From the human T2T-CHM13v2.0 reference genome, Homo sapiens, in assembly GCF_009914755.1 (NCBI RefSeq), contig NC_060930.1: a stretch of DNA of 64,000 bases; one strand, written 5' to 3'. Position 1 is the first letter of the stretch. Every line of letters starts with the position of its first letter. Shown here piece by piece: positions 1 to 13,871 of this stretch. The notes under the pieces were generated by a model that worked only from the letters and a program-made list of their open reading frames with translations, did no database searches and was not told the origin of the DNA. The position numbers and the translations under genes were made by a program.

Positions 1-233
1 CTTTTGTTGCCCATGCTAAAGTCCTGTGGCACGATTTTGGCTCACTGCAACTTCCGCCTCCCGGGTTCAAGTGATTCTCCTGCCTCAGCCTCCCACCACG
101 TCAGACTCACTTTTGTGTTTTTAGTAGAGATGGGGTTTTGGTCAGGTTGGCCTCCGGCTCCTGACCTCAGATGATCCACCTGACTTGGCCTCCGAAAGTG
201 CTGGGATTACAGGCGTGAGCCACCGCGCCCAGC
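1..233 (-). mobile_element. Alu (AluS-like), truncated by the window edge, with small internal deletion
   Basis: Reverse-strand Alu hallmarks ggctcactgcaac...gggttcaagtgattctcctgcctcagcctccc and aaagtgctgggattacaggcgtgagccaccgcgcccagc. Confidence 0.93.
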
Positions 234-643
234 GGTCCTGCACTTCTTAATGCACATTCTCTAGAATGCTCACCAACAGGCGTACAGAAAGAAGGCACTC
301 TGTATTTTTGTGAAGAGATAAACAATAAAAGAAGGATAAAAAGAAACACACAGTAGAAATAATGGAAACTTTCTCAAATTAGTATGATATTTGGAGTATA
401 CTAAAGCATTTTTCTGCTGAAATTAACCTAGTGGCTGGTGAATTAAAGGAATTGATTTCTGATGCTAATTTTTAAGTTCATTTTAAAATTTGTTTACAAT
501 TCATATGCTTTTTTATATAATTAAAGTGCCTAATTTTTAAGTGACGAGTACACAGTTTAGACCCAAGGAGAATTAGAAAACCCAACTTCCTAGAGGTAGT
601 TTGCTATGAAGAATAAAACTCCCCCCAATGACAAAAGTCATGA

Positions 644-964
<321 letters not shown>

Positions 965-1820
965 CCACATGGGTTTTAGAAATCGTGTTGGACTCCAAGA
1001 GACTCCAGTTCCAGTTCCATGTCACCCACCAACTCCAAGTGCAGCTTTGGCCTTGAACTACCCGGACTTGTATTTTCCAATCTCTAAAAGAGGCAGTTCT
1101 ACTAGCCGGCCTCCACAGCCACTTGGAGACATGTGAATATACTGTCATTTACATGTTTATCAACGTTAGTTACTTTTTGTTTGCCTTTTATTTCAACATT
1201 GAATGTGTGGGAATATATCTGATGGAGACACAAAAATATACACTGTTCACTTGTTCCTTCAGCCACATTGTGGATAATCTCAGCAAACTTTCTCTTGTCT
1301 GGCTTTGGCAAGCACAAGTCCATTTAAGGCTCCAGCTTTGGGAGCCTTGTAGCCCTTTTCCTGGCCCTTGAGATCCTGTCCTGACCATCTTAGGATTCTG
1401 ACAGCCCTTTCAAGAAATGTTTCAGGCTATTAACAAAAATACCACGCACAGAAGGAACTCCCATCTGAGGCCAAGGGTGGCACTTGCCATGATGCAACCA
1501 CAGTGTCGTCTCCTGCTATGGGAGCTGCAATCCATTTGCACACACTTGAAGGGATCTCTGCTGGCCTAAAGAGTGGCTCTGTCCTCCTTTCATCCGCGAC
1601 CTAATCTGTTTGACACTCCTCCACCTGTCGGGGTCAACCCCCTGCCCAGTTCGCCTCCTCCCACCATGCTGTCTACCCCTGTGCAGCCCCAGGGCACTAA
1701 CCAGCAGCCAGATTGGCACAGGGAAACCGGGGAATGAAGGCGGTGGGGAGGGGGGCTGAAGTCCCGTCAAATAAGCAGTTTGACATAGACAACAGATTAA
1801 TAGCTGGAGTTTTCACACAG

Positions 1821-2203
1821 TGTTCCAGGCTGGATTATCTTCCCCTAAAATTCCTATATCGAAGCTGCAGCACACGATGCCTCAGAATGTGGTTGCCTTT
1901 AGAGACGGGGTCTTTAAAGAGGTAATTAAGGTTAAATGAGTTCATAAGGGTGGGCCCTGATCCAATATGACGCATGTCCCTATAAGAAGAGGAGGTGAAG
2001 ACACAGATACACACAGAGGGAAGTCCCTGTGAGGCCACAGGGAGAAGGCAGCATCTGCAGGCCATGGAGAGGCCTCAGGAGAAACCAACCCTGTGGCACC
2101 TGGATCTTGGACTTCCGGCCTCCAGAACTGTCAGAAAATACATGTCTGTGGTCTAAGTCCCCAGTCTCTAGGACTTGGTTATGGCAGCCCTAGCAGACAA
2201 TCC
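1821..2203 (+). mobile_element. MaLR LTR (MLT1A/MLT1B-like) solo LTR
   Basis: Motifs gggtctttaaagaggtaattaaggttaaatgag, gggtgggccctgatccaat, atcttggacttccggcctccagaactgt, gttatggcagccctagca. Confidence 0.85.
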
Positions 2204-2911
2204 GCTTATCAAATAATTGTCTTGGTGGGCATTTGAAGATGAGCCAGCGGAGGACATTTGGAAGGATCCGGGAGAGCTGCTGCCAACTGGGTTATCACTA
2301 TTCATTCATCAGTGGACTGATCTTCTACTCTCCTGAAATCTGGAGGGACTTTTGCCCCAGAACCACCCTCACGGTGACAGGGCCTAGAATGGAAACTGAA
2401 TTGCTACTCAGTGGCTGGCCTCCTGAGTCAAAGTCAGAGTGAAGACAGTGAGATTGTTTGTAAGATGGCTTTCCACCATGATACCAGAACGAGGGAGACC
2501 GCAGCATTGATGCTTGATAAATATGTGTTCAGTGTGTGAGCTAAGCTTACAAGAGCCTGAGCAGTTCACTTCTCCAGCATGGGGTCTTTCTGCCCAAAAC
2601 GCTTGTCTGTGGTCAGAGCTTCTTCCTGCTTTCCTGGAGCTGCAGCTCCCCGCTCCCCACCCCTCAACTTCACCTTCTGAAACTATGCTTGGGTCTCCCT
2701 TCACAGCAGCCTTTCTCTGCTGCATCTTTCCACTCCCTTGCTCTTTCCAGTACCGATTACATCCCAAAGGACAGGCTATTTTGTCCCGAGGGAGATCCGT
2801 GGCAGGTAAATATCTTCCCGTAAATGGTGGGCCAGTGCTACATCCAGGCAGAGAAGTGATCTTTCCGGAAGCTCTGTCTCACCTTTTCTCCAGGGTCAGT
2901 TTTCCTGTCTG

Positions 2912-3010
2912 AGGATAATAATAGTAACTGATGTTGGCACCGTGCGCTGCAATTTACAAAGCACATTAACACACAGGATCGCATTTAATCTTCACAACAA
3001 CCCAGCAAGG
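2912..3010 (-). mobile_element. MIR fragment
   Basis: ataataatagtaact...tttacaaagcac...catttaatcttcacaacaaccc resembles the MIR core. Confidence 0.6.
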
Positions 3011-4744
3011 CAAGTAGATCAGTAAAGATGGTTTAGGGACAGGAGTCCAATCCTAGTGTGCAGATGTGGCATCCGCTGACTCATTTATGCAACCCCACCA
3101 CCATTCTGCACATGAAATTGGTCAAATTATGTGAAACAATCAATTATAACAAGACTCCCTACACAAACTTCTGAATGTATTGTGCTGTTTCTCTATGTAA
3201 ATCAATGTTTGTGAGACAGCCCACTCTGCTCTGATCAATTGTTAAGGTATTCATTTGTACATTTTGCTGCTGCAGGTAATCTGATGGCAGCTGTCGAGTG
3301 CATTTGGGAATGCCCATGCTGATATGTCATCATTATGTTTTCTTATTTTTGCTGGGGATCATAGCCAATGGGCAACGTTCTCTTTAAAAGCATCCAAAAA
3401 TTCTTGCCAAGTGAAGCCTGAACCAGAAGCTGATGCATTTGACAAACTGAAGAGCTCCCCAAATAATTTAGCTATGACATCGTCACAAGCTGCTGGAAGC
3501 AGTGAAGAAACAGTTACATCCTCTCCTTGTCAGATGCGCTGCGCCTTCCCATGAAGTCCGGTCTTAAGAGTCCTAAGAGGAGCTGCCAATCACAGATGCC
3601 TCGGGAGGAGGACGATTTTTTTTGTTGTTTTTGTTTTTGTTTTTTTCCCATTTCTAAGCGTAAATCATGGAGTACAAAAAGCACTAACAGTTGAGACACC
3701 ATATGTGAACCCCTCTGCTTCGGGGCTCCATGCTGATGGAAGCCACCTGCTTTCTTTGGGCACCCTCTCAGCGGCATCCCAGGAGCTGCTGGAAACTGGT
3801 GTTATCTCAGATGGCCCTTCTGTCAGGATGACAGCCTTTGAAAGGTGGCTTTTATAGAACACTCAGGACCAGGAGGATGCCAGGTTATCAGGGAAAGAAT
3901 GGAAATGTATATGGCTGGATATGCATCTCTTCCTTCACCCAGAAGGGTCTTGTTTAAAGTATTCTTCATGATATCTCTGGTGTTGAGGTCAGCAATCAAA
4001 AAAAAAAATGAATGTGACTTCTCACAAGTCAAGATAACTTTCAATTCTGTTACCAGTTTCATCAGCTTTTGTAATGTTTTGTGTTTGATCAAAGAGGACA
4101 ACCTTGTACAGTTGCTTCTGAGTGTTTGGCTTGCCTGGGGGGTGGCATATAAAGTGTCTTTCGCAATTGCTTATTTCATTCCTAATTCTCATGGAGCTGG
4201 CATTCTTAGAAAGAAGCTGAGTTTCGCAGCGAATTGATGGCAGGGGCTCTGCAGGGCGGATGTGTGTATCTTCAGCCTTATTCACACAATGCCGTCACCA
4301 GATGAACCAACATCCACCTGGGGGCGGACCTGGCCCAGACTCTCTAAAAGAAGGCAGCTCACCCAAGCAGTACTCTGGGAACACATAAAAACTACCACAG
4401 GAGTGCCACCCCCAAGACACACACACATGCATACACACATGTGCACATGCACGGACCCATGGACACACACATTCAGACTGCCTCCCACTGCCCATCCCAA
4501 TGAGCTGGGCCTCATTCCAAATTGTGCTTCTTCTTTGACCTCCATTGGACTTTAAATCACTTGGACATTGGCCCTGATTACTTTTACCGAGATATAGGAC
4601 TCAATTTAGCACTGCCCACCAAAAGGAAATGGCCCCAAGGGACAGGCTGGCCAGCACTAGTGGCCACCAGCTTCCTTTGCAAGAGAGCAATCAGCATAAG
4701 GGAATGGGTGGAATTCAGATATGAGCATTGAAATAACCCACCAA

Positions 4745-5067
<323 letters not shown>

Positions 5068-5270
5068 CTACAACCCTTCACATAAACCATCGTTAATGCC
5101 TTCACAGGGAAGAAAAACAACAGGAAAGAAGAATTAAACACTCAAACAAATTAGAATAACTTCTTAAAATATTCTTAAAATCATTTTTACTTATTTTCTC
5201 TGCTGACATAAGCCTTACCATGGCTTTCTAGAACCACGGCCTCTCCACTACAGTAAAAATTACAGTAGCA

Positions 5271-5567
5271 GCCAGGTGTGGTGGCTCACACCTGTAATCT
5301 CAGCAATTTGGGAGGCCAAGGCGGGCAGATCATTTGAGCTCAGGAGTTTGAGACCAGCCTGGCCAACATGGTGAAACCCCATCTCTCCTAAAAATTACAA
5401 AAATTGGACGTGCATGGTGGTGCACACCTGTAATCCCACCTACTTCAGAGGCTGAGAGAATCATTTGAACCCCAGAGGCAGAGGAGGGTGCAGTGAGCTC
5501 AGATGGAACCTCTGCACTCCAGCCTGGGCAACAGAGCGAGACTCCACCTCAAAAAACAAAAAAAACA
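5271..5567 (+). mobile_element. Alu (AluSx-like)
   Basis: gccaggtgtggtggctcacacctgtaat...gagaccagcctggccaacatggtgaaacccc...A-rich tail. Confidence 0.92.
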
Positions 5568-5645
5568 ACAGTAACCCCTCATCCACGGTTTCACTTTCTG
5601 AGGTTTCAGCCACCTGAGGTCATCGCTATCTGAAAATATCACAGC
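5568..5645 (+). mobile_element. MER44-like (TcMar-Tigger) DNA transposon, 5' part, interrupted by Tigger1
   Basis: cagtaacccctcatccacggtttcactttctgaggtttcag..tgaaaata matches my recollection of the MER44 5' terminus; the other half lies at 8742-8985. Confidence 0.7.
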
Positions 5646-5646
5646 A

Positions 5647-8466
5647 AAGGCACACCCTGTTTCCTTGTGCTTCACATTGTCACACTTTGCAGCTATTGTA
5701 TTTTTTACAGACTGAAGATTTGTGGGAACCCTGAGTCGGGCAAGTCTCTCTGCACCATGTTTCCAGCAGGATGTGCTCACTTCGTGTCTCCGTGTCACAG
5801 TTTGGTAACTCCTGCAATATTTCAAGCTTTTTCGTTATATCTGATATGGTGATCTGCGATCAAGTGATTTTTGATGTTACTATTGTAATTGTTTTGGGGC
5901 ACCACAAACCCCAACTATAGAAGACAGGGATGTGTGCATTCTGATTGCTCCAGCAACCGTCTCTTTCTCCATTTCTCTCCCACCTCTCAGGCCTCCCTCT
6001 TCCCTGAAACACAACAATTTTGAAATTAGGATAATTTGTAACCCTTCAATGACCTCTAAGTATTCAAGTGAAAGGAAGAGTCCCATGTCTCTCACTTTAA
6101 ATAAAAAGCTATAAATGATGAAGTTTAGTGAGGAAGGCATGTCAAAAGCCAAGATAGGCCAAAAGCTTGATTCCTTGCACCGGTTAGCCAAACTGTGAAT
6201 TCAAAGAGAAACTCTTTAAAAAAATTACATGTTACTCAGTGAACACACGAATTATAAGAAAGTGAAACAGCCTTATTGCTGATATGGAGGAATTCGGAAT
6301 GGTCTGTATAGAAGATCAAACCATTAATAACATTCCCTTAAGCCAAAGCCTAATCCAGGGCAAGGCCCTAACTGTCTGCAATCCTGTACAGGCTGAGAGA
6401 GGTGAGGAAACTGCAGAAAAAAAGTTAGAAGCTAGCAGAGGTTGTTTCATGAGGTTTAAGGAAAGAAGCTATCTCCATAACATAAAAGTGCAAGGTGAAG
6501 TAGCAAGTGCTGATGGAGAAGCTGCAGCAAATTGTTCAGAAGGTCTAGCTAAGAGCACTGATGAAGGAGGCTACACTAAACAATACATTTTCAGTATAGA
6601 TGAAACAGCCTCCTGTTGGAAGACGATGCCATCTAGGACTTTCCTAGCTAGAATAGAGGAAGTCAATGCTTGGCTTCAAAGCTTCAAAGGGCAGGCTGAC
6701 TCTCTTGCCAGGAGCTAATGCAGCTGGAGACCTGAAGTTGAAGCCAATGCTCATTTACCATTTTGAAAATCCTAGGACCCTTAAGAATTGTGCTGTATCT
6801 ATTCTGCCTGTGTTCTATTGATGGAAAAATAAAGCCTGAATGACAGCACATTTGTTTATAGGATGGTATTGTAAGTATTTTAAGTTCATGGTTGAGAACT
6901 ACTGCTCAGAAAAAAAAGATTTCTTTCAAAATATTACTGCTCATTCACAAGGCACCTATTCACTCAAGAGCTCTGATGTAGACGTACAAGAAGATTAATA
7001 CATTGTTTTCATGCCTGCTAACACAACATCCATTCTGCAGCCCATGGATCAAGTAATAACTTCTTCTTTTAAGCCTTATTATTTAAGAAATACATTTCAT
7101 AAGGCTGTAGCTACCATAGATAGTGATTCCTTTCATGGATGTGGGAAAAGTAAATTAAGAACCTTCTGGAAAGGATTCACTATTGTAAATGCCATTTAGA
7201 ATATTCATGATTCATGGGAGGAGGTCCAAATATCAACATTAACACGAGTTTGGAAGAAGTTGATTCCAACCTTGATGGATGACTTTGAGGGGTTCAAGAC
7301 TCCAGTGGGGGAAGGAACTGCAGATGTGATGGAAATAGCAAGAGAACTCGAATTTGAAGTGGAGCCTGAAGATGTGACTGAATTGCCACAATCTCATGAA
7401 CAAATGTGAATGGATGAGGAGTTGCTTCTATAGATGAGCAAAGAACATGGTTTCTTGAAGCACAATCTACTCTTGGTGAAGATGCTGTGAACATTGTTGA
7501 AATGACAACAAAGGATTTAGAATATTAATATTACATCAATTCAGTTGAGTAAGCAGTGGCAGGGTTTGAAAGAATTGACTCCAGTTTTGAAAGAAGTTCT
7601 ACTGTGGACAGAATGCTATCAAACAGCATCACGTGCGACAGAGGAATCTTTCATGTAAGGAAGAGTCCATCGCTGAGGCAAACTTCTTTGTTGTCTTATT
7701 TTAAGAAATTGCTACAGCCACCCCAGTCACCACCCTGATCAGTCAGCAGCCAACAACAGCGAGACAAGACCCTCCACCAGCAAAAAGATTGTGACTCACT
7801 GAAGGGCTTAGATAATCAGCATTTTTTAGCAATAAAGTGTGAGCAACAGGTGTGAGCCACCGCACCTGACTGCTACTGTAATTTTTACTATAGGGGAGAG
7901 CCCGTGGTTCTAGAAAGCGATGGTAAGGCTTATGTCAGCAGAGAAAATAAGTAAAAATGATTCTAAGAATATTTTAAGAAGTTATTCTAATTTGTTTGAG
8001 TGTTTAATTCTTCTTTCCTGTTGTTTTTCTTCCCTTTGAAGGCATTAACGATGGTTTATGTGAAGGGTTGTAGCTTCTACTCTATTTGGTGGGTTATTTC
8101 TTTTCTTTTCTTTTCTTTTTTTGAGACAGAGTCTCGCTCTCTTGCCCAGGCTGGAGTGCAGTGGCGCAAACTTGGCTCACTGCAAGCTCCGCTTCCCGGG
8201 TTCACGCCGGTCTCCTGTCTCAGCCTCCCGAGTAACTACAGGCGCCCACCACCACGCCCTGCTAATTTTTGTATTTTTAATTAACTTAAGTACATTTTTA
8301 GACATACTGCTATTTGTTGCACACTTAATAGACTACAGTACAGTGTAAACATGACTTTTATATGCACTGAGAAACCAAAAGTTTGTACGACTCGCTTTAC
8401 TGTGATGCTCACTGTGCTGCAGTGATCTCAAACTGACCCAGCAAATGGAACTGAGGTCTGCCTGTA
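5647..8466 (+). mobile_element. Tigger1 DNA transposon, near full length, decayed transposase, interrupted at 7839-8279
   Basis: ORF remnants 6284-6718 ([39 protein letters not shown]) and 7011-7199 ([13 protein letters not shown]) are Tigger1/pogo transposase; degenerate termini aggcacacc... and ...gaggtctgcctg+ta; many stops and frameshifts. Confidence 0.93.
7846..8279 (-). repeat. Inverted duplicate of 4861-5295 (AluY right arm + unique DNA + first 25 bp of the next Alu)
   Basis: Manual alignment: 7846-8100 is the reverse complement of 5041-5295 with 9 mismatches in 255 bp; 8101-8279 is the AluY right arm in reverse. Confidence 0.95.
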
Positions 8467-8741
8467 TTTTGAGAGAGAGACCCAGCAATATAACTGAGGT
8501 ATGCCTGTATTTGGAGAGGGAGACCCAGCAATATAACTGAGGTCTGCCTGTATTTGGAGAGGGAGACCCACCAATATAACTGAGGTCTGCCTGTATTTGG
8601 AGAGGGAGACCCAGCAATATAACTGAGGTCTGCCTGTATTTGGAGAGGGAGACTCAGCAATATAACTGAGGTCTGCCTGTATTTTGAGAGGGAGACCCAG
8701 CAAATATAACTGAGGTCTGCCTGTATTTTGAGAGGGAGACC
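8435..8741 (+). repeat. 43-bp minisatellite, 7 copies (gacccagcaatataactgaggtctgcctgtatttggagaggga)
   Basis: Equivalent positions at 8437, 8481, 8524, 8567, 8610, 8653, 8696, 8740 (period 43-44). Confidence 0.97.
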
Positions 8742-8985
8742 ACAATCACACGCGTAATAATATGTAATAGCTATTACAATTTATTGTTATAATTATTTTA
8801 TTTCATTACTAGTTATTGTTGTTAACCTCTTATTGTGCCTAATTTATCAATTGAACTTTATCATAGGTATGTATGTATAGGAAACAACAGAGAACATACA
8901 ATATATAGGGTTCCGTGTTATCCATGGTTTCAGGCATCCACTGGGGGTCTTGGGATGTATCCCCCAAGGAGAAGGGGGTGCTCCT
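8742..8985 (+). mobile_element. MER44-like element, 3' part
   Basis: tgtgcctaatttat..aactttatcataggtatgtatgtatagg...ggtttcaggcatccactgggggtcttgg...aagggggtg resembles the MER44A 3' end. Confidence 0.75.
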
Positions 8986-9244
8986 AATGTGGTTGCCCTC
9001 CCAGTCTGCTGCAATTGATCTCAAAATACAGAAGAAGAGGAATCCAAATAGAAAGAGGCCAACGTCCAAAAGAAATGGCGGGACCTTGGGTGCAGGTCTT
9101 ACAATGTCAGTTAAGACATTATCTCCTAAACCCCTTTCTTGGTGTACATGAAAGAAGGAGGAGATCACAAACTATCAGCACTTTGCAGAGATTGCAGCAC
9201 ATGGTGATAAAGGTGGTAGAATATATGAATTAATGAAACATTGT

Positions 9245-9372
9245 AGGGAATCCTGTCCAACTTCTTATTTTAGCAGAGGATAAAAATGAGATGGAGAGGA
9301 TTGAAATGTTCTGCTTAAGGTCACTAAGATAGTTTGTGGCAAAGCTAAGGTTAGATCCTCAGTTTCTTGACT
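9245..9372 (-). mobile_element. MIR-family fragment
   Basis: attttagcagagg...aaggtcac...gtggcaaagct...tcttgactc. Confidence 0.5.
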
Positions 9373-9379
9373 CGTCATG

Positions 9380-10020
9380 GACTCATAGAATCCCAGGGTT
9401 TGGAGGAATGGCCCAGACAAACCAGCCCTAAAATACTTAAAGCACTGTTTCCACATGCAGCAGGTGCAGGCCCAGTTTACTTCCAAGCTTCTGAGTGATG
9501 AGATCTCATTGCTTCCCAGGACAGCCCATCCTGCCTTGGACAGCTCTGAATGCTGGAGAATTTCTTAGTTTCCACCCCACTTCTGCCCTTGTAGTCTTAC
9601 AACACAAGCTTTGCCCTGTTTTCCTTGGTCCTCAGAGTCGATAGTAGCTGTGAACCCTCTAGGTTCTCTGTCATTCTTCTGGAGGCAGTGTCAGGGCCTT
9701 TTGCAATCTGGTCCCTGTGCTTTGGGTCTATTCTGTCTTTGTCTTCTTAAATATGATGCCTAAAACTGAATGCCAGTACTCCAAAAGTGGTTACCCTAGC
9801 CCAGAGAAGGCGAGGCAGTGCAGCATTCTAGGAAATATTCCACCATAATGTAGCCAAAGATGGACGGAACAAACATATGAAAACCACCTCCTGCCCTAAG
9901 CCCTGGATTCTCGTCATCCTCACTGCTACTAAGCGCCATGGCACCCTTGGGGTACTAGTGCAGTTAATTCTTTGAGCCCAAGTGAAGAGCCTTTTTATTT
10001 AACCTTTTAAAATGTCATTC
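9380..10020 (-). mobile_element. L3/CR1 LINE relic
   Basis: ctcattgcttcccaggacagcccatcc..ggacagctctg and cttaaatatgatgcctaaaactgaa..cagtactcca resemble CR1/L3 in reverse. Confidence 0.55.
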
Positions 10021-10039
10021 TAATACAATATGATAATAA

Positions 10040-10265
10040 TATTGTAGACATTAATAGATAAGAATATTGTATTTTATACTCTGGATATTTGGCAAGAGAG
10101 TCAATTTTAGGCACTTTTATTGCAAAAGACGGTGATGACATGAGATAGCAGATATGTTAACTGGCTGGACTGTGGCATTCACTTCACTATGCATACATAT
10201 ATCAAAACATCATGTTGCATGCCTTAAAAATATACAATGAAAAATAAATAAAAATTAGAAAATAA
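10040..10265 (+). mobile_element. L1M (L1MA9/10-like) 3' end fragment
   Basis: gatatgttaactggctggactgtgg...atacatatatcaaaacatcatgttgca..ccttaaa followed by an A-rich tail. Confidence 0.75.
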
Positions 10266-10883
10266 AATGGCCTTCTGTCTTGTTCAGCCTTTTCTTCTAA
10301 CCTGTGCTGTGAGGCCCTTTCGGCTCCTGATCCTGACTGTCCTTCAAAACGTGTGGTTTACCACTGAGCAGGACACAGTTAAGGCTCGCAGCTCAGCACC
10401 AGAAGTGTCTGTGAAAGCCGCTGCTGGCCATGGCTTAGACCAGCCTTTGTTGGGTGTATTCCCTGGACCTGCCAGGGAACGGCCACCCCAACCACCTCTG
10501 GCCCACATGCCTTTATTTTGTACACAAGGATATCATCACGAGAGACTGTGCCAGATGCAACCACTGTGGCTCCAGCATTTCCTTGACCTACCAGTCTAGT
10601 GGCCCCGTCAGAAGAAAGATGAATTTGCTTTCACATGATTTGTGCCTGTGAACCTGGTGTTGTGCGTGTGCCACAATGGCCCCGCCGCTCTAGCAAATAT
10701 TGATGAATGTGCCCATGCCCTGCTGGTCAACCCTGCCACATGAAAGACCGATTTAAAGCAGGGGATGGTCCCTGATGAGGCCTCTAGGCTCTGACACCCC
10801 AAGACTCATCTGGGCATGATCTATGGGAGCTAGCCTGCCCTTTGCTTCCTGGGCTTATGGAGGACAGAGGCCTCTATCCTCCA

Positions 10884-10930
10884 GTGGCTCACACCTGTAA
10901 TCCCAGCACTTTGGGAGGTCAAGGCGGAAG
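10884..10930 (+). mobile_element. Short Alu 5' fragment
   Basis: gtggctcacacctgtaatcccagcactttgggaggtcaaggcgg with no continuation. Confidence 0.75.
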
Positions 10931-12109
10931 GCAGGGGGCACTCCAGAGCTGCTGTCCTTACACGGTCCCCAAGGAGGAACTTGTCCACTCTACTGCAAGC
11001 ACAGTCCCCAGCCCTTTCTCATCTTCGGCACTCCTTGCCCGCTCCCTGAAACAGGGAGGTAGGCCCTCGCCTACCTTTTCTTCCCCTCTTGGCTCCCTGC
11101 AGGGCTGTTGCCACCTCTCCCTAGTCTCCACCAAAGCTAACAGGAAGCACTGGCTCTCAGGTCTCTTGGGGTCAGCTTTATGAATTTATGGTGCTGAAGG
11201 ACTCCACTACAGCCACAGAATTCCAGCCTGTTCATTCCAATCCAGTAAAGCATTCCAATCAAACCAAAGGAAAAAAACTACGGAGCCCATAATCCTCCCG
11301 TAGACCAACAAACATGCCGCTTATCAGTTTGGATTCCAGAGGAAAGAAGGGCTCCCCATATAATAGTGATGTAAGAACCCTCTGTGTTTGCAAAACCACA
11401 ATCTTCCTGATCAGAGTGCCATCTAAAATTATTACAAATAGGTCAGTAATCTCTGCCTTCAGCACAGAGGGGTCCTTTTACATTTTTTCCCTGGTTTGTT
11501 GTGTGTTATTTTTGCCATCATTCTTCAGTGTGTAGGTGGCATCATCGCCAGGAGGCAGAGACAGTAATAAACGAGCTTTCGGGTGTTGCCACTCTTTAAA
11601 AAAATCCTTTAACGAGTGGTTCTGAAGGCTGAGGTCATTGTCAGCTGCAGCCTGAGAGGAGGAGAGCCTCCTCGGTGGGGATCTTGAAGGAACACTGTCC
11701 ACTTCAGTGCTCCACGACATGAGCAGCACAGCTGGCCTCAAGAAGGCTACACATACCGTCCACATGTTGGATCCAGCTGAATCGAACACAGCCAACCCTT
11801 TGAACTGCTTCAGCAAATAATATTTGACGCTTGGAATGCAGATAGCACTGTACATATTGTGTATGTTTCAAAGTGGCAGAGCACACCTTACTTAATCTGT
11901 CCTAACAACATACTGTAAGCACAGACCTTTTAACTCTTTGTGTTTAGAGTTAAGGATTCAAACTCTGAGAATTTGAAGGGGTCAAGATTGCTGGGCTAAT
12001 TAGCAGACAGGTCAGGACTAGAATTGAGGTTTCTTTAACCCAAGACGTAAACTTTTCAGGGAGAGAATTAGGGAAAGAAAATGGAAGAACAATGGTGTTG
12101 GACCCAAAT

Positions 12110-12290
12110 AGACTTGGATGCCAATCATGGCTTTCCTTGTTACCAAACAAAACAGATGGCCTAGGACTAGTTACCTAAGTGCTCTGAATTCTAGTCCCCT
12201 TAGCTGTAAAATGAAAGTATTTCCAACCATCAGGATGATGGTGAGAAATGGCACATGCAGCCTGCTTGACATGTGCTAGTTATTACCATA
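12110..12290 (+). mobile_element. MIR fragment
   Basis: gacttggatgccaatc...agttaccta...ctctgaa...ctgtaaaatg. Confidence 0.55.
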
Positions 12291-12320
12291 ATGGCACCGA
12301 GTTTCTACTTAACGTCCTCA

Positions 12321-12650
<330 letters not shown>

Positions 12651-13871
12651 AAGTGCACCCCACGAGTCACGTGTGAAAGGAAATGTTTTCCCAAGAGAGT
12701 CTCCTTTCATTGTTAAGCATTTTGGGGACCCTGCCTACTTTATCACCCCCTTTGAAATTAGCATCTTATGAGCTGCACCAGACTTCAGTCTCCAGGAAGG
12801 CAGGAACATACTGGTGTTTCTTATACAAAGCCTGCACACAGTCCACACCCAGTGAAAATTGCTGAATGAGCAATTATGAGGCGTTCTGCTCCAGGAAAGA
12901 AAAAAGAAAAACTAACTTTGTGGAACCAAATTTCCAAAACTTGCATCGCAGAGTCTGTCTTTCTCTGAATACCTGAAAGCTGCCTTAAAAATGCTGTTGT
13001 GGAGGGTCTGGTGTGTTCCAGCCACTCTCTGGGTAGGGGAAGTCTGTGGGGAGGGGGAGGGCGCTAGGTGGAACCCAACGGGTTTTCCATTCCAGCCATT
13101 CCCAATTTTATAAGCCCCCCCAACTCTGGGCTGACTTTTCTCATACCCAAGGATGTCACTGACTTCCTTTCTCTGTCCACCAATTCATTTAGAAAATGCA
13201 AATGCTAATTTCACTCTTAGTCTATAAGGAAAAAATAATAATTAGGAAGGTTAGTACAAGGCACATTTGCAATGTATTTCAAAAGTAAATTAGAACTTTC
13301 TCTTATAGGCATTAATGGATTAACTGAATCCTGGCTCCTACATGTTAGCCTGAGGTCAAGAGTTAAAACAACATTGAAATATCTTCCTAATCACAAAGAA
13401 ATTCCAAATCAAGTCATTTCATTTGCACAGAAGTCTTGTAAATGTGATCTTTGCAGAGGGAAAGCACTCCATGGAATGAAGGGGAAGAAGGAGCAAGGGT
13501 ACGGGTCCCAGTGGTCCCAGCCTGGACTCTTCCTAGCTGTTGAGCACAGCTGAAAGAACAGAGCAACACTCGAGGCCAAGGTGGAAAGAGCTTCCTTTCC
13601 TTGTAGGCCACTGACCTTACACTGGAACGAGCACCACCAGCAAACACCTGTGATGCCAATCGTCTTGCAGGTAGGAGAGATCCATCCAGGAGCGGGATGG
13701 ACTCGACATAAGCTGCAGGTGTGATTCCTAAAGGACGTGCTACTCAAACACCATGGAGGCTCGGCAGCAAAAAGCTGGTGGCGGGGTTGCAAATTGCCAA
13801 GCACACCTGACACTCATGGCCCTACACGCTCATTCAACTGTTAAGATACGGAATAGAAATCTACCCCCTGG

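Noticed and set aside
3845-4237. 130-aa hydrophobic ORF in unique DNA
   Set aside because: Non-ATG start, no domain similarity, no promoter or splice support that I can identify
6284-7199. Functional transposase or TIGD1-like gene
   Set aside because: Reading frame broken by multiple stops and frameshifts; decayed Tigger1
8333-8745. Repetitive ORFs or CRISPR-like array at the 43-bp repeat (likewise the 44-bp repeat at 18874-19200)
   Set aside because: Head-to-tail near-identical units with no unique spacers, no cas genes, and a primate genomic context
13031-13075. G-rich tract with CTCF-like gcgctaggtggaac
   Set aside because: One G4 loop is 8 nt and the CTCF match lacks key positions; too weak without data
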